The translations under genes were made by a program, and so were the position numbers. A stretch of DNA of 64,000 bases from Calcarisporiella thermophila CBS 279.70 (taxonomy: Eukaryota > Fungi > Calcarisporiellomycota), in assembly GCF_041956535.1 (NCBI RefSeq), contig NW_027192219.1:293522-357521 (forward strand). Direction: 5' to 3'. Below the pieces are notes generated by a model that worked only from the letters and a program-made list of their open reading frames with translations, did no database searches and was not told where the DNA came from. The stretch's first letter is position 1, and each line of letters starts with the position of its first letter. Positions 50,697-62,958 of this stretch are shown in pieces.

Positions 50697-53600
50697 ATGA
50701 TGGAGAGTTTTTACATGTATTTTCAGGACAAGCGCCATGAGACAATGGCTAGGCCAGCATCTCAGATCGTATCCCAACAAGAATGGCGCATGAAGGAAAG
50801 GCTAAAAACCGTTTCGGTGCTAATATTGATCTGCCTCAATATTGGTGTCGATCCGCCGGACATCGTAAAGACTCATCCGTGCGCGAAATTAGAATGCTGG
50901 TTTGATCCTGAATCAACAGCGCGTGGAAAGGCAATGGAAGAGATTGCAAAGCGATTACAAAGCCAGTATGAGGCATTACAACCCCGAGCGCGGTATAGAT
51001 TAGGCTTAGATCCATCCGTGGAGGACGCGCGCAAACTTTGTCAGCAGCTGCGCAGAAATGCCAAGGATGAGCGCGTACTTTTCCACTACAATGGACATGG
51101 AGTTCCAAAGCCAACCACAAGTGGAGAGATTTGGTTATTCAACAAGAACTTTACACAATATATCCCAGTATCCCTCTATGATATCCAAGGGTGGTTGGGT
51201 GCGCCATGCATCTATGTTTACGACTGCTCAGCTGCGGGTAATATCCTATTGTCATTTAATAAGTTTGCAGAGCAACGCGATCAAGAAGCTCAGCGTGCTG
51301 CCGCAAGGAATGCTTATTCTTCTTCCACTTCATCCCAACAACCACCGCAGCTCCAACAGCAGCAACAACCTCAACTTCACCCTCAACAACAGCAGCAGCC
51401 ACAGCAGCAGCAACCTCAACCTTACCATCCCCACCACCGACAAAACCAACCACAGCAAAATGGTGGAAATATACCCCATGCACCTTTTCCGAGTATGAAC
51501 GATAGCATTCAATTGGCAGCCTGCGGGCCAAATGAGATCTTGCCTATGCATCCCGATATGCCTGCTGATATGTTTACATGCTGTTTAACCACCCCCATCG
51601 AGATTGCCGTCACCTATTTTGTGCTCCAAAATCCACTCAAACTCACCAATCTCTCCTTGGCAAAGGTGCGCAAGATTCCCGGGCGAACAGATGACCGACG
51701 GACTCCGCTGGGCGAGTTGAACTGGATTTTTACGGCCATCACCGATACGATTGCTTGGAATGTGCTGCGTGACGAACCCGAGTTATTCAAGCGTCTGTTT
51801 CGACAGGATCTGATGGTGGCCGGCTTATTCCGCAATTTCCTACTGGCAAATCGAATTATGCGAACCTACAAATGCACCCCGATGTCGTCGCCCGTCCTAC
51901 CTCCAACCCACAACCACCCGCTGTGGGATGCGTGGGATCTGGCGGTCGATATGGTGTTGGCTCAAATGCCGGCTCTACTAGAGGCGGAAGCTAATGCAAT
52001 CCAGCCTCTGCCCTACAAAAATAGCAACTTCTTCGAGGATCAGCTGACCGCATTCGACGTGTGGCTCCGGAAAGGGGCAGTAACCCGCCAGCCTCCCGAA
52101 CAGTTGCCCATTGTACTCCAGGTGTTGCTCAGTCAGGTGCATCGTGTTCGGGCCCTTGTGCTGCTGAGCAAATTTTTAGACTTGGGACCCTGGGCAGTGC
52201 ACCTTGCGCTCTCCGTGGGCATCTTCCCTTATGTGCTCAAGCTTCTACAGAGTCCAGCGGCGGATCTCAAACCCGTGTTGGTGTTCATCTGGTCGCGCGT
52301 TCTGGCGGTCGACCGCTCATGCCAGATGGACCTGCACAAGGGCAATGGCTTCCTCTACTTTGTGAACATTCTTTCACCCAAGCATAACCTCCCGCTCCCA
52401 AATGTTGCGGACCACCAGGCCATGTGCGCATTCATTCTCTCCGTGTTTTGCACGGATTTCCCTCCCGGGCAGCAAGCATGCCTAAAAAATAATGTGATGG
52501 GTTTCTGTGTCGAACACATTGGCCATCACGACCCGTTGCTCAAACAGTGGGCATGCCTGCTGCTTGGACAGCTGTGGAGGCACCACCCAGAGGCGAAGTG
52601 GACCGCGATCCGTGATAATACTCACGTGCGCCTGCTTGAATGTCTGGCCACCCCAGAGAATGTTCCTGAGGTTCGCGCCTCAATCCTGTATGCATTGACC
52701 ACCTTCATTGGTGATCTAGATAAAACTGAGCAGGTTGTGGATATAGAACGCATGATCGCGGTGACTGCGCTGGTAGCGACCAACGACCAGTCACCCGTGG
52801 TGAGGCGCGAACTTGTGATCCTACTTTCGGCCATTGTACACGAATATCTGCCCAAATTTATTCTTGCAGCTTACGAGCTCACTGAAGAAGACAGACAGAG
52901 AGCTGAAGATCAACGGAGTAAACAACAGCAGCATCCGCAGCAACAAGGGCAGCCGCCACAGCAACAAAGACGCGAGCGCCGCCGTATCTCTGATGGAGTA
53001 TTCCGTTCCCAAGGCCACCACAGCACAATCTATGGGAGCATTTGGAAAGCACTCCTGACCCTCTCGGTGGATCCACACCCTGAAGTACGCGAGTCGGCAA
53101 CCAAGATCGTGGACTACGTTCACTACCAGCTCATTTGTCAACCACCCTCGGAGAGCATTGTATCTTCCCTCTATCAGTTGGTCAATTCAGCGCCATCCTC
53201 AACGCCTACTCTGGCCAATACACCCTCCACGACTTCGGTGGCGTCTGCCGTGGGAGGAGGGGGCTCGGTCGGAGGAGCAGGAGCAGTAGGTGGAGGAAGA
53301 CCCGCTCTTCCACCGAATGAGCGATCTCTGTCGTTCCATGGCACTGCAGGTGGAAGTGGGGCGGATCCAGTGACAACTGCCGCTTCACGCGTGGCTTCAA
53401 CTCTAAGGCGTTCAGCCTCGTTTGTTTTCAAAAACTTGTACTCCCACTCAAACGGGGATACATCCTCTATGGACGAGCACCATCATCCCGAACGGGCGCA
53501 CACGCCGCCTCCTGTAAGCTTAAAGAGGGTAGGCACTGCGCCCTCCTCAGGGAGGATATCTCCCGTGCCCACTCCCCTAGAGGGAAGTCGAGGAGGATCC

Positions 53601-55053
53601 TCCACGGTGTCGACGGATGGCGGGGAAAACTGGGAATCTTTGAGGCTACCCCTGAAATCGGAATTTTTCGAGTGGAGCTGCGAGTTCTTTACCGAGCCCC
53701 AAATCCAAGTATTTATTCTCATTCATACTATAACATTTTGTATCTGGGTTATTTATATTTTGTTCGCTTTTACCCTTTTTGCTTTCTCTAAGCCTTCTGA
53801 GTCCGACGAGCCCGGAAGCATCACCTATAACGAGCGGTTGTGGCGACGCAACCGGAATGAAAAGATTATTGCGCAGACACAAACCATAAAAGAGAGTGCA
53901 GGTTGGTTGAGTTACTGTTACTAGGATTCGTCTCTGGAAACAAAAGACACTAACGCTATATTCTGTTCTATTATTCAATAGGAGCGAGTGCATGGGATCG
54001 AACTCTTCGGACGATGGGTGTGGACATCATTCCATCCAAGATGACATTCCATCAATTCGAACCCCATTTGATATTTGCAGATAATCAGCACACTCTGAGG
54101 TAGGTGAATTGGTACAGGGAGGAAACTAAGGGGCAAATACCCAAGGCTTAACCTTCCACTTCTTATCCTTCAGTGTATACAACTGGGAGGACGGAACCCA
54201 CCTCAACTATTTCGCCAATGGCAATCCTCCTCGTAGCCATATATCATCGATTCGTCTGATCAACGAAGAGGACATTGCCATGCTTATGGCTGGCTCGAGT
54301 GATGGCGTTGTACGCATGTACAAACATTATGACCGCATGGGACAGGCAGAGCTCGTTACCGCTTGGAGAGCACTTCCTGAGATGACTCCAGCTTCGCCCG
54401 GAGTCGGACTGGTGATGGAATGGCAGCAGCGTGGCGTGCTCTTTGTGGCTGGAGACGCCAAGGCGATAAAAATATGGGATGCTGCCAGGGAGTTGTGTAT
54501 AAGTGATGTCCACACACGCAGTGGGAGCTTTGTTACCTCGCTTAGCAGCGATCAGATGGGCGGGAACATTTTTGTGGCTGGGTTTGCGGATGGGGCCATT
54601 CGCGTCTACGATCGGAGAATGGATCCCCGGGAGTGCATGGTGTGGCAATGGAAGGAGCACAAGAGCCCGGTGATAAACGTTTCGATGCAGCAAGATGGAA
54701 ATCGTGAGCTTGTGAGCGGTGGGGCTGCAGGCGACGTTCGCGTGTGGGATGTTCGGATGGAATCCTCGGTCCACACCTGGGAAGCACACATGTCGTCTCT
54801 CTCTGCAATCGCAGCCCATCCAAGTGCCCCCGTTATTTCGACGGGCTCACAGCACCTCGTCAAGGTCTGGAACACCTCTGGCACACAATTAAGCATCCTA
54901 CGACAACACACCGGCTTTTTGGGACAGCGAATAGGGCCTGTTACAGCTCTGGCTTTCCACCCCCACAAGGCCGTTTTGGCGGCGGCAGGAGGTGGTGACC
55001 ATTATGTAACCATACAGTGCCCTCATATTAGCGAGGACGGGAAGAGAGCGTAG
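50697..55053 (+). CDS. KOG1: TORC1 subunit Raptor (Kog1/Mip1)
   Basis: RNC domain 'WRMKERLKTVS...CLNIGVDPPD', 'RVLFHYNGHGVP', 'LFRQDLMVAGLFRNFLLA' and 'PPEQLPIVLQVLLSQ', then HEAT repeats and a C-terminal WD40 region. Introns at about 53710-53791, 53902-53981 and 54100-54173. An additional 5' exon is possible. Confidence 0.96.
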
Positions 55054-55150
55054 GGTTTGGTCGGATGAAGAAGGCATGTGACCTGATTAGACTACAGATT
55101 TTTTTGTTGATGTAAAAAAGGATTCTATATATATATAAATATATACATAA

Positions 55151-55210
55151 ATTTATTCTATTTTTATTTTTATTTTATTTTATTTTCATTTTTATTTTTA
55201 TTTTATTTCT
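55151..55210. repeat. (TTTTA)n microsatellite in the KOG1 3' region
   Basis: Repeated ttatt/tttta units seen directly. Confidence 0.7.
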
Positions 55211-55578
55211 TTTTTTCTTTCCTTCTTTATATTCCTATTTTATTATTTGCATTTGAGAAAGTTTTTTCCTCGATCCCCCCTTCTTTCTTCATTGTATGAG
55301 TGAGCCCTCTCTTTATTTTGCGTTATGTACCTTTTGATAAGAGAGTACCCGGTCTTTTCTACTTGTTATAATAAACCCTTCTCTAGAATTTATCAGATTA
55401 CACTTGCATGGTTTGGCTCGATGCCATTTTAATAAGAGACTAGCGTTACACAAGATCGCAATCAAACATGTTTATTCCACATTATTGAGAGTCACGTACA
55501 GGATATACATTAAATTATCCCATTATATGGTATAAAAGTCATACTACACGCCCGTATGCTCTTCGCGTGTCGGTGTGG

Positions 55579-56463
55579 TTATGCTTTAAGCACTCCCTCC
55601 TGGAGCACCTTCATTATAACCCAGACCATCTCAACCAAACTCTCCGGTTGCGGAGCGGTGATTAACCGCCCATCACATACTACGTGAGGCCAAAGAGGGG
55701 CCGGCCCTTCTATGAACACGCCTCCTGCCTTGCGTAATTCATCTTCGATTTGAATCGGCAGAGTGCCATAGGTGCCCAGCTTTTTATCTTCAGCGTTGGT
55801 CCATGCGGTGCAGCGTTTGTCAAGTATAAGTGGGGTTGAGTCCGAAAGTGTGGCGTGTACGAGAGCAGCCTGGCCATGACAAACAGCGCTAACTAGTCCA
55901 CCGTTTTTCTCATAGACTTTTCGGATGAGGTCGTGGATTGGCTTGTTATGCAGCATGTCAAAAACTGGGCCTAAAATAAACCAGAAATTAATGCAGTTAA
56001 TATGACCCATCCACTACCCAAGGGTTCACTAAAACTGCCTCCAGCATATGGAAGATTCTCTAAATACATACCACATCCTCCCGGGAAATGAATCCCTACC
56101 ACGTTGCTTAGATCCTCTTTTAAGACCTCGTCCACGCTCCGTACGTTATCCCCAGGTTTTTCGCTCAAATACTGTTGACAATAGGGGTAGTTGCTCATGA
56201 TTTCCACACTGAGGGGGTCTAATGGTATTTTCCCGCCTTGTACTGAGCATAGCTCAACTGCAAAACCACGGGACTTGAGAAAGTAATACGGGACGGCAAT
56301 TTCAGGGAGAAAATTACCGAAGTATTTTTCTACAAATATTGGAGTATCAACGAAGAATAAGAAAGAGAATAGAGTGAATGGATTCATCATACATACCGCC
56401 ATTCGGATTGTGCGAAAAAGATGTACAAACAACGAGGAACTTGTGGTTTGTGGAAGGGGCCAT
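55579..56463 (-). CDS. DJ-1/PfpI superfamily, Hsp31-like glyoxalase III / class I GATase-like protein
   Basis: Exons 56463-56397, 56329-56072 and 55970-55579. Motifs 'FLVVCTS', 'FLPEIAVPY' (catalytic Glu), 'GGKIPLDPLS', 'FPGGCGPVFD', nucleophile 'VSAVCHG' and 'VVCDGRLIT'. Confidence 0.88.
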
Positions 56464-58305
56464 TCTTGAATGTTTTCTTAGTGATATCAAGTGTTTACAG
56501 GGGTAATATCGCGTATTAGCAAAGGATGCTCAGGTCAATTTATAGAAACGATGGCCTCCTTTATGAATCACATTTAGCCGCCCCGGAATTTGCCTAAAGT
56601 TTTTAAAGGCAGTATTCCTTGCTGGTTTCAAGGCGGATCAGAGTACAAGTGCAATGTTACGTGCGAAGTACAGTCTAAATTTAGTACCAACTTTGGGCAC
56701 AACTCCATATTAGATTTCGAAATATGATATTTTACTCTTATTTCGAAATAATGTCCGCTTGTAAATAGATATGAGATATTTTTAGATGCGGCTTTGAGAG
56801 AATCTGATTTATAAGCGCATTGTAAAATAGCAGGATTTGAAAGCAATATCATTAATTACACAGCCCATCTTAAAGTATTCTAATGTGACTTATTTCATGT
56901 TTATGATATTTTTTCATCCGAATCCTCGCAAAAACTCGCATTATATTGCAGACTCATGTACATGCTAGAGTGTTTTCAAACGTAATTTGAAATATTGAAA
57001 GAGTATGTTAATACATCGAGTGCGCTTTGCATGCCGTATAGCTATGCACCGAAAAGCGTCAGATCATTCAGCGAATTTTCGTGACATAAGCTTTTGTGCT
57101 AGTGGCGACTATGCTCTAAAGTAAAACTTATGGACATGGTTTAAAACTCCAGTAAAGTGGTTCTATCTGCAGACAGCTGGTTTGCACTGATTCTACATTA
57201 GTCTATATGTACTCTTAGTCGGATTTCTCATTGCTTACTATTAGATCAGCAGGCTTTGGTTCTCAATGAACTTTTTGAGGGGTTACTTGTTATACCCTTT
57301 TGGGTATATTACTAACTCTCACATCTTCAGGTGTTTTGCATCCAATATTTTTCTATAAAAGTATTTCAACTAGATTTAAATCAGGTATAGAATATATTAG
57401 CTCACTTCAAACCTAATAAATCGCTTTTTGTGAATAACCAGGGTCACAATAAAGCGGCCTAGTTACGCTATAAGATGCGTGACTGGCTTTTTTATAGTAT
57501 ATCTACTATTGTCCATATTTTTTAGTTGGCTGTGACTTTATCACTATAATGTTGTGTACCGTAACTCGTACTAACCTCTTCGGCAACCTAATCTGCTGGT
57601 ATTGCACGTGGCTTTCTCGAATATTGACGGCAAATCGGGAGTTTGAAAGATCTGAATTGAGTCGGATTTGGAGCCTACTTCTGAACAAAAGTATGAAGTA
57701 TTCCTCTTAAGTTGCATGGTCTATGCGATATTGTTGGTATTAAAGTCTGAAAGAAACATGCAGAATAGCATAGCTTTAACACTAATTTCATGTACCAAAA
57801 TTGCTATTGCCTTTCGTCTTGGTTTAGTATTGTTTAGCTACCTGCTCTAGGTAGGTTCTCAAAAAAAAATCCATTGTTCAGCAAATATTACTATTGTGAC
57901 CACCACTCAGGCAAATTGCAATCACTGATCAAGCGTGATTTACAAACCGAACCCGCTCGAAAGATAAAGCTTTAGCTTGGCTGTGAGGCCATCTTCTCTA
58001 TTTTGAAGCTTCGACTCTTAACACCGGCTCAACGGCTGGGTGCATGTTCCCATGGTTGATCGCCAGCAGGTCTCCTTCTAGAACGTTCAAGTAGCTGATA
58101 AACGTCGAATATATAATATATAACACGTGCACATTCTCTCAATTATTATATCGAGGGTGGCTAAGCCTTGAGCTTTCGATATGAGATTTTATGGAAATAT
58201 CGCGACATTTTGGGAAGTTAGGCAGTGCTGAAGAATGGACGAAGGAGTAGTAGGGGTAGTCCTATTTAACTTTCCTATTCTGTCCTTCTAGCCATCCATC
58301 GAAAT

Positions 58306-61300
58306 ATGCAAGAGTTTAAGTTGCATGGAGTTATCTTTCATTATAATGAAGGTCAAGGCGATGAATTCGAGCCACAAGCTCTCGCGCTACAGCGAAAATC
58401 GCAGAACAATGTATTGATGAGAAAGGGAGAATCTGCTTATGGTATTGTAGAGAATATTCCTCGGTTTCTTGAACAGGTGCAGTGTACGGAGAAGTTGGAA
58501 GATCGAGATTATTATGTTCTTGCCACAGAGCAAGACAATAAGCTCGGATGGATGGTGGTTGAGTTGCACGTGGTGAATAATCTCTATAGAGGGTCAGTTT
58601 TCAGGCGCGATCAATATCCAGAAAATGTAGTCATAAGGTAAATTTCGAGCTTAGACATAAAAATGACTAAGCAAATTCTTAATTCTTGTTTTTAGATATT
58701 TGATGGGGATATACCAGAGAGCAATGCAAAGTGTTTTCGGGGTAGAATGTGATAATGCATCTGGTTTTGCAGTATCTAGTGCGCATTAACAAGTGGATGA
58801 ATCTACCGTGAAGCTTTTATTCCACACTGTGTCGCGCCTGAAAAACAAGAGTAACCAATTATTAGTATTTGAGAATATACAACAGGAGAAAGCCTTCATC
58901 GAAAAGGTAAACCAGCTGACAGTAATAGAGTGAGGCGTTTCGATGGTTAAATGGGCTATATTTGTAGCTCCATGAATACATTGAATACGATGATCGAAAT
59001 CTCAACGAGTGTGCTAATATTTTATATGGAGGAAACCAACCTGAAAAAAACATGTAAAATGGAAATAGCGCGTTTCGTTTACTTGGAAGCATCCGCAGCG
59101 GACACGCAGAATCATTGCTTATGGTCGAGAAGGAACTCGGCGGTCGCTTTTGTAGTCCGTTAGATCACTTTCCTTTAGTTACCCAGTCAATCTATACAGA
59201 AACAGCGGTTGAAGTGCTAAAGCTATTTCCTGTTCTTACGGTAAGAACGGAACCAACTATAGCGGTGGTACACAAGAATTGGGAGCATGTCATTAATTCA
59301 TTTGCACCTAATGTTACTAATGGGATATATCCGGTCACGTCCTCACTGGTTTCTGGGTCACGGCTACCGCCCTTGAAATGTGTTCCCTTACCTGATGATG
59401 GGGAGCTTATTGGCAAAATTCGATCCAAATATCCTCACTGCCCTAGAATATATGATGTTGTGCAATTCGCAGAAGTGAAGGGACTGAAGTTGCAATGCTA
59501 TACACCTTGGAATGAACAAGTTCCGGATACATGGGTGTTTCGTTTTTATCCTAGTACTAGTAGACTGGAGACTACCGAGTGTATGCACGTGAGTCAGGGG
59601 AGTCAGATTATCTGGACCTGTGTGCCGATGGACAGCTATGCGAATACAAGCAATATGCGCGTCCGTCTGTCGGATACGGTGCCCATACATTCAGGATTCG
59701 GGAAACTAGTATTTCGTTGCCTGGATCCAATATGCCCTAAAGAAACATATATAGATGAATATGGAGCGAGTTGGCCTTATAACATGTTGCCTTACCTCAC
59801 CCCACCCGACATGTTATATCGCGTTGTTCATCATGAGGGCCTTGCTGGTGCCGCTAAGTGGCTTGTTTCGAGGTTATGCGGTCCTGATAGCCGTCAACCC
59901 AAGCTCGCATATCTTCCTCTGTTGGACAAATGGGTAGCATGGGATGGAGTGGTTTGGAGAAGATATACTGAAATTCCTGCAGAGCTTTCGATGGGGTGCT
60001 CACGATATGTCGAACGTATACGTGCTCAACTTCCTGTTCGAGCAGAAGAGGATGCGGTCACAACCGGATTGATTCGAATCATGGATTTTACTCTCATGCG
60101 ATTTTAACACTATTTAAATATCCACAAGAACCTGGAAAAGAATGTGGACAAAATGCTCTATGAACTTCCGGGCGAAATATTCGACACAGCCTCCTCCTTA
60201 CTTGTCATCAATAATAGATACCTTGATCTTAAGCAAGGTCGTTTCGTTGAAACGCGACCTAATCATTATATAACTCACAGTGTGCCTACCTACTATGACT
60301 CCGAGGTAGATCTCTGTCATGACACAGGTTCGCTACCTCTTGTAGATGAATTCATGAATTCCTTATTCGAAGATCGTGAAGCCGACGAACGGGTTTCGAC
60401 AATCTCCTCGCTTCAAACTTTCCTTGGATATTCATTGACTGGAGAGGCTAGTGAACACCTTTCTCTCATCCTGTATGGCGAGGGGAGAAATGGTAAGGGC
60501 GTTTTAACCCGCGCTATTCGTGCGGTATTCGATATAGCAGATGAGCGACCGATACAGGACGCCTCAAGCACTCAAATTCTGAAGCGTTCGGAATTACGCC
60601 AGATGCTAGCATACCCAACTCATGATGAGTTACTTACCCAGACATGCCCAATAAAAAGGAGATACTCTGTCGCGACTTCCCAGCATTTCCTCTATACCAT
60701 TGTCGATAATAAACTCATAGCTAAGACGGCAAAAACTAGCAAAAATGCACACACAACACAACCTGTGAGCTTAGTTGGAGCTCGTGTTGTATTAGTGAAT
60801 GAATTGGATGTGAATGCACAGCTTGACGAGGCGAAGCTCGAACGATTGTCGAATGGAGATCCACTTTGCATTCGGAAAATTTATGGAAGGACAACATTTA
60901 CTATCTCTAGCCCAACTCACACTCTTCTAATTGACACCAGTACCATACCTAATAGACTAATTGGGCGATCATTGAGTTCGCATACTCGGGTTCTCAGATT
61001 TAACCTATACTTCAATGCGAACAAAAAGCCGGGCGATCCGCTCAATACCAATGAGCGAGTAGCGGACACTTGGATGGAAACTAAAATTTTGGATGTATCG
61101 TTTCGACGTCAACTCTTGCGATGGCTTTTACGCGGTGCCCATCGATATTATCAACAAGGGCGTTTACGCTGGGCCAAATCCATTGAGCAGGACACGCGTG
61201 CATTTTGGGGCGAAGATGACTATTTCGATCGATTTCTGATTGAAAAATGCGAAATGGCCAAGAAATTGCTTCCGTTAGAGGAAGCCATCCAACGCAAACT

Positions 61301-61499
61301 ATACACACCAGCGTTTAGCCTCTATGACAGGTTTCGTAACTATGTGCGAGAGCAAGGCAATGTCGATAGTGCCAATATACTGAGTAAGAAGGCCTTTATT
61401 TGCCGTCTAGGGAGCCAGCCATATATATTTAAGAAACGCACAGCCCAAGGGGAATTGAGTCGTCAATGGCATTACTTTGGTTTGCATGTCTTAGAATGA
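58306..61499 (+). pseudogene. Virus/mobile-element-derived AEP (PrimPol-like) primase, Zn-finger and D5-like SF3 helicase gene; intron-containing, with three premature stops
   Basis: Exons 58306-58637, 58696-58906 and 58968-61499 form one frame. TAA codons at 58787, 59055 and 60105. Walker A 'LYGEGRNGKG', Walker B 'GARVVLVNE', 'GDPLCIRKIY', D5_N-like 'WVAWDGVVWR...NNRYLDLKQG', Zn-finger-like 'FRCLDPIC' and AEP-like 'AFRLLGS'. Confidence 0.8.
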
Positions 61500-62640
61500 A
61501 ATGCCTAATACCTCGACTTATAATGAATTCGAACGAATGCTGCGTGTGTCTCCCCCTGAAATTTCAAGTCACAGACTTCTGTTGTCTCTATCAGAAAAAA
61601 AATGTTCGAGAGTTCTTATTTCATATAATTTAATCTACATTTGAATACGCCTTATTTTTTTTCTGCTTCCTTGATCAATGAAACCAAATCCAATTCGTTG
61701 TATTTTTCCATTCGAATTAATCCAAAATATTTTATAATTGATTTATCTATTTTGAAACTGACAAGTGCTAAGTTTGCCTCTCATGAACACGGCATGTGAA
61801 CAAGAAACAACAGCACATCGATATTTTTAACCTCATTCTTCTCGAACCTGGTAGATTATGGATGAGAATATAGTTTAAAAGTGACCCAGAACTAGCATTA
61901 TTCATAGTTGTAACCTTAGTTTATTATTAGTATGCAATCATAGAATCGACGGGGAGTCAAAGTGATATGCAAATATAGATTTTGCTTTGTATTACCATAT
62001 TTACATAATACAATATCAATACAATAACCATTTTTTATTTTGATTCTACTTTCTCGCTAAATGAGTGATTGAAATTTCTTTGCAATGTACCTTCACACTC
62101 GTTCCTCAGTAATAAGGTCAGGCTGTTGTCAAGGAGGATCCAACAATTATCATTTTTTCATCCATATTTTGGAAATGGGAACAGTGTGATTGGAACTATT
62201 GCTATTTTAGCTAATCAATTTTGATATATCGACCCCATATTACATCGTTGTCGTGAGACGAATATCCCAACAAAGTAAGTTACTTTCCTAATTTTCCTCT
62301 TGAACTCTAATATCAATCATATTCTTTTATTAGGATGCCTCCAATAATGAATTCGCCATTGGTGTTTATTTTCCACATCCTTGTTCTAACTTTGCAAATA
62401 TTCTCATCGCACAGACGCAAATGGTTAAGTGCATTTCATTCTTCTTCAGCAGCTTCAATAAATTACTGCCTATGGTATGCTAAACTATAAAAAATCTTGT
62501 ATCATTTCACTGAGTATAAATAAAGTTTATTCACACTGCCAATATTAAAAAAAGATCATAAATACAATTCAACCAGCTAGTATTCCAGTTAGAATGAGCT
62601 GAGAGTTGCTTCAATACCAGTGAGTATTGCTTTGGGGAAT

Positions 62641-62958
62641 CTATTTAGGGCAAGTTTGCTTCACTTCGGGGGTGCCCTTGGCCTGCTTGCAGAGCTTGGA
62701 GAAGTTCTTCTCCTGACTCTTGCAGTCGCCTGAACCTTTGTAAACGCATTTCCAACCGCGGATGGAATACTGCTTGCAATCATATTCACCAGACAAAGAG
62801 GTGGCCAACTTTCGACACTGCTCTGTGCCTGTACCATAGCAGACTGAATTTTCTTTGCCGTACTCGCCGGTAAGCCCGCATGCTGCCTCGCCTAGGGCCA
62901 CGCAGATCAAAAATACGGCCGCTACGAAGAGTAGCTGCGAGATGCCCATTTTAGCCAT
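62641..62958 (-). CDS. Small secreted cysteine-rich protein (105 aa, 8 Cys in the mature chain)
   Basis: Signal peptide 'MAKMGISQLLFVAAVFLICVALGEA' followed by a Lys/Gly/Cys-rich mature region. TATAAA on the minus strand at about 63088-63093. Confidence 0.8.
   Translation of the reverse strand: MAKMGISQLLFVAAVFLICVALGEAACGLTGEYGKENSVCYGTGTEQCRKLATSLSGEYDCKQYSIRGWKCVYKGSGDCKSQEKNFSKLCKQAKGTPEVKQTCPK

Noticed and set aside
51320-51470. Poly-Gln inserts in Raptor, and other CAG/CAA runs at about 11945-12005 and 27165-27245
   Set aside because: Ordinary low-complexity loops in fungal proteins; not an array or a separate element.
58306-61499. Genome-wide stop-codon reassignment (TAA/TAG read as sense)
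   Set aside because: Conserved host genes in the window end in TAA (amidohydrolase, UTP20, ANKRD13) or TAG (DSD1, KOG1) at the expected positions.
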